Shown here in pieces: positions 38,101 through 50,374 of a stretch of DNA of 64,000 bases. Position 1 is the first letter of the stretch. Each line of letters begins with the position of its first letter. A program made the translations under genes and the position numbers. Below the pieces are notes generated by a model that saw only the letters and a list, made by a program, of their open reading frames with translations, was not told the origin of the DNA and searched no databases. The stretch is from Paraspadella gotoi (lineage: Eukaryota; Animalia; Chaetognatha): positions 15,272,355 to 15,336,354 of the forward strand of contig CM119264.1 in the NCBI GenBank assembly GCA_051294375.1, given 5' to 3'.

Positions 38101-40406
38101 GAACATGATTCTAAAGTTTTGGGAACGGGATACAATTCGAAACGTGATGTTTTCTTGTACGAGTAACAGACAAAGCAGAGAAGAGGCGAAGACGAAGGGA
38201 AAGTCTTGAGCTGGTCGCGTCGGTCTTCGATCCGCTGGGGTTGGTTGGCCGCCGTTCGTGTTGAAAGGGCGAGAATCATATCCAAAAGATATGATGGAAA
38301 GGGCTGGACTGGGACGACAAGTTGCCTGAAGAGTTGTTCGAGGCGTTTGACAAGTGGCGAAATAGAAAATGTGCTTTCTGAAAAGATTAGAATTCCACGG
38401 TGGACGAGCATCTTGATTGGAATGTGTGAAGGACCATGTTGATCGTGTTTTGTGATGCAAGTTACGAAGGTTATGGAGTGGCTATTTACATAAAGAAGGA
38501 GAATAAAGACGGGAGAAAAACAGTCACGTGACATTACTTTTTGCTAACAGCTCACGTAGTACCAGTAAGATGGCAAGAAAAAAATTATAGTGGAGGACCA
38601 ACTTGATCATGGAAGATTCAATGCCAAGACTGGAACTGAACGCGGCAAGATTGGCGGCGCAGACTCGAGACACAATGATAAGAGAAGCGGGTGGAAGAAT
38701 TTGACGAAATTCACATGACGGATTCGATCACAGTAATTCGATGGAATAAGAGACTGGAAGAAACGTTTTAAAACATATGAAAATTTCGATTGAAAACCAT
38801 TTCGACTCCTCTCGAACCAAGTTGAATGGAAATATGTACCATCTCAGAAAACCCAGCCGATTTGACAAGTCGTGGTAGATGCTGATGATGCTGAAAGCTG
38901 GAAAAAGTTTTCACAAAGGACCAGAATGGCTTCGCCGAAAAGAGGAAAGACTGGCCGAGCCACAAACGATTTGACAGTATGAAGAAAAAGAAAGAAGTAA
39001 ATGTGGAATATCAGCGCAATTCATGACGATAGTGAATTTTAGTCCGATGGAATTTAATTTTTTGCCATTCTACCTAGAGAGTATCCGAAAAAAGATGAGA
39101 ACATGAAAAAAGAGGATTGGGTGCTGAAAGTGACGGAAAAAATTAGTATGTGGGTGAAGAAGGTGAAAAGAATTGTTTACTTTGCAAAAGCAGTGAAGAG
39201 ATTGATCGAAAATAGAATTCGAAAGAAGAAAGGAGAAAACGATAGAGAAAAAAGAAATGAGAATGACGGGAGACGAATATAAGAGAGCAGAGTTAAAATT
39301 GATCAAAGCAATTCAAAGAAAAAATTCGAAAAGAAATATTGAATTAATAAAGTTGGGAGTCATGACAGCCGAATTCGCACAGAGAATTGAGAAGTAGAAA
39401 TTCGAGAAATTGTCGCTATGAGTCCGTTCGTCGACGAGGAGGTTTGATGAGGACTGGAGGAGGTTGGGGAACTCGAAAGGGTTATCATATGACGCTAAAC
39501 ATCCATAATATTACCAAAGGATGACGAGAATGTCGACTCACTGATTCGCCATGAACATATCACATTATTCCATTCTGGTGCATGTGCAACATTCCATTCA
39601 CTGAGACAAAGATTTACCTTGTTGGGAGGGAGGCCAGCAGTGGAAAGATCTTCCGCCGGTGTTTGAAGTGTCAGAGAAACTTGAAGGTTCCAACGCCGCA
39701 AAAGATGGCTGAACATCCAGAGTTCCGTGTAAACGAAGCAATTCCATTGAGATAACTGGACTTGATTGTTTTGGTCCGATACCAGTGAAACATGCTGGGC
39801 GGGGTCTGAACAAAAAGAATGTAGTAATATTCACATGTTTAAACTACTCGAGCGGTAGCCTTTGAAATACTAAAGGACATGACATCGCAATCAAATGCTC
39901 AGCGCGCTAAATTAGATTTAAAAATGTTTACCCAGGTGTACGCACATTCATCTCGGACAACGGTACAAATCTCGTAGGAGCGAGCAACGAGATCGAGAAG
40001 CAATTGCATCATCTCCAAAGCAACGAAAAACTTCACGAAATCGCCGCCAAAGGTATTACCTGGACCTTCGGACCGCCAAACGCTCCGCATTGGGGAGGAG
40101 CATGGGAAAGGTTTGATCCGTGAGACAAAAAAGCATATCAACGCCGTCATCCCATCAGAGTTAGACGTCGACACATTCGCAACGATCCTAAGTGAAATAT
40201 CAGGTATTATGAATCGACGCCATTAACATTCGAATCTTCCGATCCAAAAAGCGATATTGCACTATCTCCAGCAAATTTTCTGTATCCATATTTATTTACA
40301 TCGACATCAACAGCGAGCGTGGCGGTCAGTGAAGACCTGCCTTCTATTGTGCGCGGCGAGCGCTCATACCATGGAGCAGCGGCCAGAAGCGATCTCTCTG
40401 GTGGTG
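32150..40406 (+). mobile_element. BEL/Pao LTR retrotransposon, heavily frameshifted, 3' end lost in the gap
   Basis: Gag from 32821; protease YALLDSGA (~36535); RT LNDHLIGGPDNL and FYVDDYL (~37830); RNase H VFDPLGWL, FCDAS, MPRLEL, NPADLTSRG; integrase GLDCFGP, SDNGTN, APHWGGAWE. Confidence 0.93.
35659..36365 (+). mobile_element. Family B element nested in the BEL/Pao element
   Basis: 7-bp TSD CTTATGG. Confidence 0.88.
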
Positions 40407-40506
40407 NNNNNNNNNNNNNNNNNNNNNNNNNNNNNNNNNNNNNNNNNNNNNNNNNNNNNNNNNNNNNNNNNNNNNNNNNNNNNNNNNNNNNNNNNNNNNN
40501 NNNNNN
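40407..40506. other. Assembly gap (100 N)
   Basis: Run of n. Confidence 1.
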
Positions 40507-41205
40507 TTGTTTAATTCTCCCCTTTTAACTTATCCCATACCGTGTTGTAACTTTTTACCTATAATTTTTGAACAAACAGATTGAAAAACAAATCTTTAAA
40601 AAATGTGCTTACCCATTTAACTTAACAATTTTGTTATTTACCCATTTAAAAAAAATTATTGAAAACAGAATGAACACAAATAAATAAGAACTTATTTCTT
40701 TGTGATTACTGATGACTATAATGTATTTCTCGATATATTAGCTCTAACACATCAATGATTACGTATTGTTATGCTGAATGACCTTTCCTCTTAAGATAAC
40801 GCAAAATGATGCGGTTTTTTAAGATTTAACAAGAATAATAACTAGTCCAACTAATTACACTTTAAAAATAAATAAATCTAAAGTCGAAATGAAAAATAAA
40901 CTACAATCACAAAAAATCACAAATTCAAAGACATCTTAGAAATTGTTTTTAAAGAAAACGCATGAAGCTTATTTCTTTATATTACAGATATAATTAGCTC
41001 ATCATGTGGGGAATATTTTGCATTAGTTTCAATTAATTTAAAGAATGTTCAGTTAGTTTAAAATGATGAAATAAAAAAATGCCATTTTTTGACTAACCAT
41101 TTTAAAAAATTCATTGCAGACAAACGGTGAATCATTAACAAAAATGCTTCTACTATGGCAACAGCCGGGTTGCCTGTGATGCCCATTGGGATGGGGCATC
41201 TCACT

Positions 41206-41286
41206 GTTGGCTTTGGGGGCTTCCGACCCTCAGTGATGCCTCTAGTCACTGGCGCGGTTACCCTAGGACGGTCTCGCTTTGCCAAC
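41206..41286 (-). ncRNA. Twister ribozyme in the 3' LTR of the TRIM (U41260^A41259)
   Basis: Reverse complement of the 48991-49071 core, with GA-CCG, TAA and TCGGAAGC intact. Confidence 0.78.
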
Positions 41287-41689
41287 GCAGAGGGAAGTCG
41301 TTAGGACTGTGGATGGAACACTACGCCTCGGATGGTGTGTTCCCCTCTGAGCCAATGTATTTGGCTGAAGGATGGTGGACGTGAGGCGGTGTGAATATAC
41401 CGCCACAGGATCCCCGGGCCAAGACATCACTCAGGTTCCTCAAGCCTGAGAGGTGTCTGCAAGACTGTTACCATAGTGGGAGAGAGAGAAGAGAGCGTGA
41501 GTTGTGGGGGCATAGGCGTTTGTCGTAGCGTACCCCAGGGCATAGGCGTTTGTCATAGCGTACCCGAAGTCGGCAGGGCATAGGCGTTTGTCGTAGCGTA
41601 CCCTGAAAGGTTGCATGTCGATAGTAGGGCTCACCACTTATGGCAACAGCCGGGTTGCCTGTGATACCATTGGGATGGGGCATCTCACT

Positions 41690-41769
41690 GTTGGCTTTGG
41701 GGCTTCCGACCCTCAGTGATGCTCCAGTCACTGGCGCGGTTACCCCTAGGACGGTCTCGCTTTGCCAAC
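41690..41769 (-). ncRNA. Twister ribozyme in the 5' LTR of the TRIM (U41742^A41741)
   Basis: Same core; small homopolymer indels in P1 and P4. Confidence 0.72.
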
Positions 41770-41886
41770 ACAGAGGGAAGTCGTTAGGACTGTGGATGGA
41801 ACACTACGCCTGGATGGTGTGTTCCCCCTTGAGCCAATGTATTTGGCTGAAGGATGGTGGACGTGAGGCGGTGTGAATATACCGCA

Positions 41887-42609
41887 TAGGACTCTAACGT
41901 CGTCTTAGGATGAGGAAGACTTTTTCAATGGAGATTTTTGTTATAAATCTGACTACCACAATAATGTCAACGCCCCTGGGAAAAAATTTCAGGTAAAAAT
42001 AGATGTTAAAACATCAGATCCGATCCTGTTATGCATTCTGAAGGGCTCGCATTTTTGTTTCTCTTGACAAATAAAACCATCATTTGACATCGTGAACCAT
42101 TCAATCAAAGATGGATGTCGCTCGGGTGAAAATATTTTTGACGCAATTTTTATATATAAAATAAGAGGATTTCTCACTCAATACAATGTCCAAACGCACT
42201 TTAAGGTTATGTTGTCATTTTACAATAAACTTCGAATTCAGAATCGATAGCAATATGTCCTGAAGGTTCAAATTTTTCTTTACATTTCATTTGGTTATTT
42301 AATATGGATACGATCATGTTAAAGTGAATTAGTCTCCATTTTGGGTGAAATTTTATTTAAAAGTACAAGTTAAAAGAGAGTAAAGCGATCGAATTCTAAG
42401 AGTTTTTCAACGCGGGTAATTCGGAAAAAATCTTATATGGCGAAATCTTCCAAAGAAGGGTGGATTTCCGAAGATTTTGGTTAATGTTTTCTATATTATG
42501 GTCGGATTTTTTTGAAACTTAAAAAATAGCATTATTGCATCATTCTACATTGGGCCGGTCAAAAGATATCATTAAAAAACTCTGATTTTTTGTCAGGAGC
42601 TTAGTCCTA
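41887..42609 (+). mobile_element. Family B element nested in a family A LTR
   Basis: TSD ACCGC(C)A. Confidence 0.85.
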
Positions 42610-43825
42610 ACCGCCACACTACCCCAGTAGAAAGAACAAAGTCGAACCCAAAAGCGAAGTAAAATTTTTTTCTTTTTCGATCTTCACCTTAAAAATTAGT
42701 GCAAAAACTGAAAATGGACAAAAATGGACAAGATTTTTTGAAGATAAAAATTGCTTAAAAACTATCTTTACTGTATCAAATTTATAAGGGAATGGTTTTA
42801 TTTACCCCATTGTTCGCCACTCTTTGTGATATAGTCCAAAGTATAAAAAATTTGGCATTCATATTTGAATAATAATGAGATTCAGTTCATTTCTTGACAA
42901 AATGCTTTTCGTAGACACTGCCATAAATATATGAAGGGTTAGGTTAAAGCATCACGCATAAAACTGGGTAAAACCGAAAAGGAATAGTTTTAACGTTTTC
43001 CGCGTTGGAATTCGCGATTTAAATTTTCTTCATTTTATTAATTTTCCCTAAACAAATATTTTGTTCGCATACGGCGAATTTAAGAGGATAAAAAGACCTA
43101 ACTGGTTACTGAAATTCATGGATATGTCTCACGGTATGGCCCGCACGAAATGAGAACAGTCTTCTTGAAAATCCTTGAACGTATTTCGTTGTTTTTACTT
43201 TCCTTTTTGATTAAATCTGTCTTTTTATCATAAATTTTAGATTCTATGGAAACCGGATCACAATATTCTGCTGTTTTTTAGCGGCAACTATATCTTAACA
43301 AGATGTTTGCTTTGAAAAAGTTTTTGAGAGTCTCTCTTCTTCTTCTCTCTCTCTCTCTGATTTTCTCTCATTTGCTTTATCCTCCTTATTCTTACTTACT
43401 CTTTCTTACCATGGAAATGATTTGAATTTCGAATGCAATGTTTAATAAAATAAACCAATCTCGATATTTTGTATGAATTATTTAATAAAAACCTTTTTAT
43501 GCAATTGTAATTAGGAATTGTTTGAAAAAAAATTGAGAAAAAAAAATTAAGAAAAAATAAATTTTAAAAAAATCTGAAATTTAAAAAAACGGTAAAGAAG
43601 ATTCCGAAATCTTTTTGTTTACTCGATTGCGAAAAAATATACCCCGTTTTATGTGTGATGCATATATTTTTAACCGTTTATAACCGTTAACGGTTATCTT
43701 AACACTACTCACTGACAAGACCGACCCGAAAATTTAGAGGAGAGGAAGAGGTGAAAAAAAAATAATGGGAGTAAAAAAAAACTGATTTCCCTGGCAGTAA
43801 AAATTCCAATGAATTCGCCACTTAC

Positions 43826-43990
43826 TACATCACTGTCTTGGCGTGCCAAAATCCTTTCCATAAGAGAGGTAGCCAGTCCTTTATTGGCAGCTTCAACTGA
43901 TGTGATGGTTGGTGGAAGCTGCAGATGATCCCCGCTAAGAACCGCTTTCTTTCCTAACAACAGAGGATTCCAACATGACGCTTCGATGGC
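43826..43990 (-). CDS. IGHMBP2: IGHMBP2 exon (AIEASCWNPLL...GDHLQLPPTI...SLMERI), motif III
   Basis: ctgtag|GCC and GTA|gtaagt; 165 nt, phase 0/0; GDHxQLPP motif. Confidence 0.93.
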
Positions 43991-44948
43991 CTACAGGTAA
44001 ATGATAACATAAAAAAAAATCCGAATTATTGATGCGAAAATGAATTTTTGATGTAATAATAATTGATTGATTGATGTAAGGGTAATTGATTGATTGATGT
44101 AATAGTAATTGATTGGTTGATGTAATTTATGTAATTGTTTGATTGATTGAATAAAAATTTATTGATTAATATAATAGTAATTTATTAATATAATAGTAAC
44201 TTATAGTTGCAATCATAACCAATTATTGAATCTATGAAAAGCAATTATTGATGATATGATAACCAAATATTGATACGACGAAAACTAAATATTGATACGA
44301 TGATAATCATTCATTGATGCGATGATAACCTATAATTGATCAATGATAGTCATTCATTGAAACAAACAAATGCGTGTATAAGTAAGAGAGAGAAAAAATT
44401 AATAAAAAAAATCTTTAAAAAAATGAATGATTGATGTAATAGTAATTGATTGATTGATATAATAGTAATTGATTGATTGATATAATAGTAATTGATTGAT
44501 TGATTGATATAATAGTAATTGATTGATTGATATAATAGTAATTGATTGATATAATAGTAATTAATTGATTGATTGATTGATATAATTGAGGGCCATAGCA
44601 TAGTAATATTACTGGGAACTCCCACGAAGTCCGTTCTGGTCAGCGGTGAAACCAGGGTGGTACAGAAGATATAAAAGATAAAAATCACACCACCGCTCCG
44701 AAGATCAGGAGCTGGTTTCCAACGCGACACGTTCAGACACGAAATGAATATATAATGAATATATAATGTATGGGCCCAAAAAAAAGATTGATATCCGATA
44801 CTTTCCTAGTATCAACGGAGACACTCCAGTCTATCGCAGAATGCCAATAATTTTCACTTCATAACGCTCAATCATCATCCAACCGCAACTAATGTTTTTT
44901 TTCTTGATATGTTCTGGTACATAAATTTGATTTGGAATTAAATGGTAG

Positions 44949-45205
44949 TGTGGCAGCAAGACTTAAAGCTGCCTCACTGCTGTCCGTCCTCAGCCTCGTC
45001 TCAATGGCTGAGCAGGCTAAATCATCTCATTCCATCCGTGCGTCCCGGGTTCAATCCCTGGGTATCCCGGTTCTGGCTTAAATGTGACGGTGCCGGTATA
45101 AACATGCCAGTGACAGGAGGCGGTCACTGAGGGTCCGCAGCCCCTACGCCAGTTAGTGAGATACCCCGCGTCCCGGGTATCACAGGCTATCCTCCCGTTG
45201 CCATA
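44949..45205 (+). mobile_element. Solo LTR, divergent subfamily A', with intact Pol III A-box (45005-16) and B-box (45048-58)
   Basis: TGTGGC...GCCATA; TSD GTAG/ATAG; TGGCTGAGCAGG and GGTTCAATCCC. Confidence 0.82.
45073..45152 (+). ncRNA. Twister ribozyme, subfamily A' (U45099^A45100)
   Basis: CTGGC-..-ATGT-GA-CGG-TGCCGGTA-TAA-ACAT-GC-P3-A-GGG-TCCGCAGC-CCC-..-GCCAG; perfect 4-bp P2; pseudoknot flipped relative to family A; one conserved loop A is C. Confidence 0.78.
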
Positions 45206-46489
45206 ATAGATTGATTAATTGATATAATAGTAATTGATTGATATAATAGTAATTGATTGATATAATAGTAATTGATTGATTGATATAATAATAATTGATT
45301 ATTGAAGCGATGATAACCAAACCAAATATGATAGTCGCTCATTGATGCGATGATAGTCGCTCATTGATGCGATGATAGTCGCTCATTGATGCGATGATAG
45401 TCGCTCATTGATGCGATGATAGTCGCTCATTGATGCGATGATAGTCGCTCATTGATGCGATGATAGTCGCTCATTGACATTAATCATTCATCGTAAATAA
45501 AACAAACAATTGCGTGTATGAGTGAGAGAAAGAGAAAAACAAGTTTGAGCAAAATTAATTAATTGATAAATTGATTAATTAACTGATTAATGATTGGATT
45601 AATTAATACATCTTGTATTTACATTTAATAAAAAAATAAAAAATCTTAAAAGCATAAGGACTCGGAGGCAGCTTCTCTTCAGATGGTAACGCGTATATTG
45701 ATGCGATGATAACCAAATATTGATGCGATGATAACCAAATATTGAGACGCGATGATAACCAATAATTGATGCGATGATAACAAAATGACTGATGTGATGA
45801 TAATCAATGATTGATCGCGATGATAGTCATTTATTGATATGATGATAATCATTCATTGATACGATGCTAGTCATTCATTGACGCGATGAATCATTCATCG
45901 TAAATAAAACAAATGCGTGTATGAGTGAAAGAGAGAGAGAGGCTGGACAGTTTTCCCGCCAACGAAACTCATTATTAGGTCTCTCTCGTTTATATAAAGA
46001 ATCAGAATTTTTAGGAAAAAATCCACGAAAATCTCGGATGTAAATTTGGGATTTGTATTGAGACAAAAGCGCGGAATAAATGGCGATAATAAAAGTTTTT
46101 AGAAGGAAAAAAGAGAGAGAGAGAAAAAGATAGAGAGAAACTGGACAGCCGCTGGACCGCTGCAGAGCTGAACTCATTTTTCGACAAATATGAGCAGGGA
46201 CAAACTTTTCCTTTCTATAAAAATAATACAAAATAAATATTTGGGTATAGAGCCATATAAGAATTTTTTTGTACATTGAAAGTAAACTTAAAAATGCATT
46301 TTTTGTTTGAGCATGTTCCCATACTAAATTTTTGATTCCCCCATTGAGAGGGGCTACCCTATTCAGAAGAAAAAAAAAATTGTCGCGATAAAGCTAAACT
46401 CTTTTCAATAATAATGATCCAAAAATTATAATCCCTATTAACAAAATATATAGTTGAAAATACTCAGTTAACGACTATGATATTTTGAG

Positions 46490-48460
46490 ATATGTCATCT
46501 CCCAAATCCTCCGCCCCCGGGGTGGCTCTAGGGCGGCCCCAGGGGCAGACTATTCCAGGGGGAGCAGTAAAATGGTCATTGAGGGGCGCCCCTCTGGATT
46601 GCCTCAGGGGCCGCCCCAGGGGGTTCCCCCTGGGGCCAACATTTTGGGTCTATTAGGGGCGCCCTAATGCTTAGCCCCTGGGGCCAAAAAAAGTCTGCCC
46701 CTGGGGTAACCTTTGGGGAGCAAAAAATGCTCCCCCAGGGGCGAGTTAGGGAGAGAGCAAAGTTTAGATGAGAAAATATACTTTCTGACTATGTTATTGT
46801 ATCTGAGAATATCTCTCCCTATCTGTTACTCTCTTTCTCTCTCTCTCTTTCTACTTTTTTTTTCTCTCTCTCTCTTTCTCTTTCTCTCTCTCTCTTTTTC
46901 TCATTCTCTTTCTTTCTTTTTCTCTCTCTCTAAATTTTTTTTTCTTTCTTTCAAGACTTCTTTCATGTAACTGAATTAAATATACATTTTTTTTCAAATT
47001 TTTGTTAACTTGTTTATTCCTTATTTTATCTAAAAATTATAATATTTGTATTTTTAACCCAATTATTTTATTTTAATTAAAAGATATAGAAACAAGTTTG
47101 AGCAAACAATGTAGGACGTGGCCACAAAAATTTAGTGGTAAAAAGCTAATCAGTCATCTGTCTTCTTTTTTTTCTTACTTTTTAAATTTTTTTTCTGTTT
47201 TTTTTTTTGTTGGATCGACATACTGATGGACTGATAGAGAGATACATAATTTTTAAAATAAATATTCATAATTTGATGTTCAAAAAAGAATTAAATAAAT
47301 CACCAAACTAATAATAGGCAATGACCGACACACCTACTTAGTGAATTATGGAGCCCCACAAAAAATAATAAAAACTATTTATCAAGATTTTTAATTCATG
47401 ATCAATATTATTCCACATCGTGAAATAAAATTTTTTATTTAAGATTTGTAATTAATAATCATCAGTTTGTAGATTGCCTATGATGAACTCACGTTGTTAA
47501 GCAGAGGCTGACGGTTTGAGAGACCAAAGTGAGCAAAACTTTATATCTAGCTCAATCACATACTTTTCTACCCATAAACAAAATTTTATTCCAATCCTCT
47601 ATTTAATTACAAATAATTAGAGTTTAATGCTAATATAGGATTGACTTAAAGTTGATTGAATTATGTAAGTTGATTAAATTATAAAAGTTTACCAAATATA
47701 AAAGTTTACCAATTTATAAAGTTCACCTAATTATAAAAGTTAAGAAAATTATGAAGGTTAACCAAATTAAGTATATGACTAAATTATAAAAAAATTTGTT
47801 GTCAAAACAAATAAAAATTGTTTTTCTCCTAATGCCCAAACAACGAAAATCGAAAGTCTATACATAATGTTCTATCAAAAAAATTACCAAACTTTGCTAG
47901 TTTGACCAAATTGTTAAAGTTAACCAAATTATGAAAGTTGACCAATTATCAAAGTTTACCAAATTATAAAAGTTTACCAAATACTAAAAGTTGACTAAAT
48001 TATATCAGTTGACCAAATTATGTCAGGTGACCAAATTATGTCATTTGGCTAAATTATGTAAGTTGACCAAATTATGCAAGTTGATATTGGTGCAGCTATT
48101 GGTCCATTGATTGATTAATTGAAATGAAAAATATTATTTTTATATTTTATTATAATGAAAGATGAAAAAAATAGATAGAGAAAGAGAGAGAGAAACAGAG
48201 GGAGAGAAAGAGAGGAGAAGAGAGGAAGAGAGAGATAGGAGGGAGAGAGAGCCATTCCAGGGGGCAGGAAAATCCATCCCCCTGGGGGGTGGCTCCGGGG
48301 GAAAGGTTTTTCTAGCCCCAGGGGGATTCCCCCTGGAGTGGCCCTTGGGGCCCCAAAAAAGAGGCTAAGGGGGCCGCCCCAGGCGGTAAAGATTTGCCTG
48401 CCCCGCGGGGCGGCCCCAGCACCGCCCCCGGGGAAGCGATTCTGAAGGATGACATACTTG
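46490..48460. mobile_element. Non-autonomous DNA transposon with GC-rich ~200-bp imperfect TIRs and an internal 18-bp TTGACCAAATTAT-type array
   Basis: TATGTCATC...GATGACATA; duplicated GATATTTT flank; empty site at ~6700; superfamily not assigned. Confidence 0.6.
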
Positions 48461-48868
48461 GATATTTTTGACTTCCAAATATTTTTTTTACTTATCAAAA
48501 AAATTTATTTCCTCATTTTAAAAAATTTTAATCTTGAATGAAATTTTTGATCGTTCTTTTTTAAGGAAGAAACCAGACCGAGGTCAAATTTTATATTTGC
48601 ATATTTAATTAATTTATAAATAGTTATCACAACTCAAATAATTATTATTTAAAAAAAAGATAAAAATGATTAAATATATACACTAAAAATGATTTGATAA
48701 TGTTATAATAGTATAAATTATCTGAATAACAAAAAATGTAATATTTAATTTGACTATATCTCTCTTATCAACTCCTATTTTAGATATAATTTGCCAATAG
48801 TGGGCCAACCGGTCCAAATTTACAATAATAAATAAAAACAATTTTTTTTTGGGAAAAAAATATGATGC

Positions 48869-49123
48869 TGTGGCGGTATATTCACACCGCCTCACGTCCA
48901 CCATCCGTCAGCCAAATCCATTGGCTCAGAGGGGGAACACACCATCCCAGGCGTAGTGTTCCATCTACAGTCCTAACGACTTCCCTCTGCGTTGGCAAAG
49001 CGAGACCGTCCTAGGGTAACCGCGCCAGTGACTGGAGGCGTCACTGAGGGTCGGAAGCCCCCAAAGCCAACAGTGAGATGCCCCATCCCAATGGGCATCA
49101 CAGGCAACCCGGCTGTTGCCATA
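48869..49123 (+). mobile_element. Solo LTR, family A (TG...TA ends), carrying a twister fold
   Basis: TGTGGC...GCCATA flanked by TSD ATGC (48865-68 / 49124-27). Confidence 0.88.
48991..49071 (+). ncRNA. Twister ribozyme, P5-type permutation; predicted cleavage U49017^A49018
   Basis: GTTGGC(P5)-GCGA-GA-CCG-TCCTAGGG(P1)-TAA-CCGC-GC-CAGTGAC/GTCACTG(P3)-A-GGG-TCGGAAGC-CCC-GCCAAC(P5); loop CGG pairs with CCG. Confidence 0.8.
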
Positions 49124-50374
49124 ATGCATGCAATTATATTATTCGGCAAAAGTGCTGCATATATAATAGGTCACACAAGTTGATGTACATGTGACATTGC
49201 CTGCATTATAAGTTACTCTTCCCTTTTTCTAAAATGAATTCACGAAAATCTCGGATGTAAATTTTGGATTTTGTATTGATAAAAAAAATAAATGTCGATA
49301 AAAGTTTTTAGAAGGAAAGAAATAATAAGAATTTTTCAAAAAACGAACGATCACGCAAGAGACCGTACAGAGAGAGACACGCACACAGAGAGACTGAGAA
49401 AGACGGAGAGAGAGCCTGAACTCGTTTTTAAACAATTCAGAAAAGGCAGCGCCTGAAAAAAAAATATATATAATTAAAAAATAAATATAAGAAAGGCAAA
49501 AAATGTTACAATGGTTTAAAATTGGAAATTTTTACAATCATAGGTTGTTAACGATTTTATTTTTATTTGTATTAAAATTAAGATATAGCTTCTCATTAAA
49601 AAGTTCCTTTGAGTTTCCATTTTTATTATAGATTTAAAAATTTTTTTTTGAATTTCATCTTCAATATTATATACTGCAATATGTAAATTAGATTAAAGCA
49701 TTTCTATATACTAATTTGGATACTATAAATATAATGAGTACCATAATCTCATTTGCATATTGCAGTAAATTAAAATGAAGTGGAAATTCAAACAAAAAAT
49801 ACTTAAATCCGAATGTAATAAAAAAATATCAAAGCTACTTCAAGATGAGAAGCCATATCTAAATTTTTAACTTACTATGATCGCACACTTTTATAAAACT
49901 TCATCGTAATTACTAATAATTTTTATTTAAAAAAAAATAAGTCCAGCCAAAACTATAAAAGGGTAGTAGTTTTTATACAAAAAAGCGTGACGACGACGAC
50001 GTCACAAAGAAGCTGACCCGAATCAATATCGAGCCTGAACCGGCTTCGCCGGTCATGGCTTGATAAAAAAAGCATAATCAATTAGTGAAACAGGTTTTTT
50101 TTTTCTATTTAAACTCATTTCCACCGAAACTTGATTTCCAGCTCAATCACACACTTCCCTACCCACATAAAAAATTTCAAGTCAAGCGCCCCATATACTC
50201 ACGAGTAATTGGCTTTCAAAGCAAAGGGGGAGACAGATGGACGGGCATTTTTTTTTTTGGCATAATTTATCCTAGTTCGATGTTCTGCCATGATTTAAGT
50301 CACTTACCGACAAGCTTTTGGGGTGGGACCAACGGACCGACAAAGTGAATTATCGAGTAAGCTGTAAGCAGATC

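Larger units (their letters stand above)
41154..42618 (-). mobile_element. TRIM-like two-LTR element, family A (LTRs 41154-41407 and 41639-41886+42610-42618)
   Basis: TSD CTAC (41150-53 / 42619-22); PBS TGGTGAGCCC just after the 5' LTR (41636-41627); ~230-bp internal region with three GGGCATAGGCGTTTGTC(G/A)TAGCGTACCC repeats; 5' LTR tip interrupted by a family B element. Confidence 0.88.
44040..45900. repeat. Degenerate ~19-22-bp arrays (TTGATATAATAGTAATTGA; TGATAGTCGCTCATTGATGCGA x~7); related arrays at 7080-7285 and 32030-32149
   Basis: Visible periodicity; part of a dispersed repeat also seen inverted at 6690-7325. Confidence 0.8.

Noticed and set aside
21337-40790. Family E halves at 21.3-21.9 kb and 40.5-40.8 kb as one split element
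   Set aside because: They overlap by ~30 bp and host exons lie between them, so they are separate truncated copies.
48869-49123. tRNA-derived SINE interpretation of families A, C and D
   Set aside because: No poly-A or simple-repeat tail; fixed 4-bp TSDs, paired copies and a PBS indicate LTRs.
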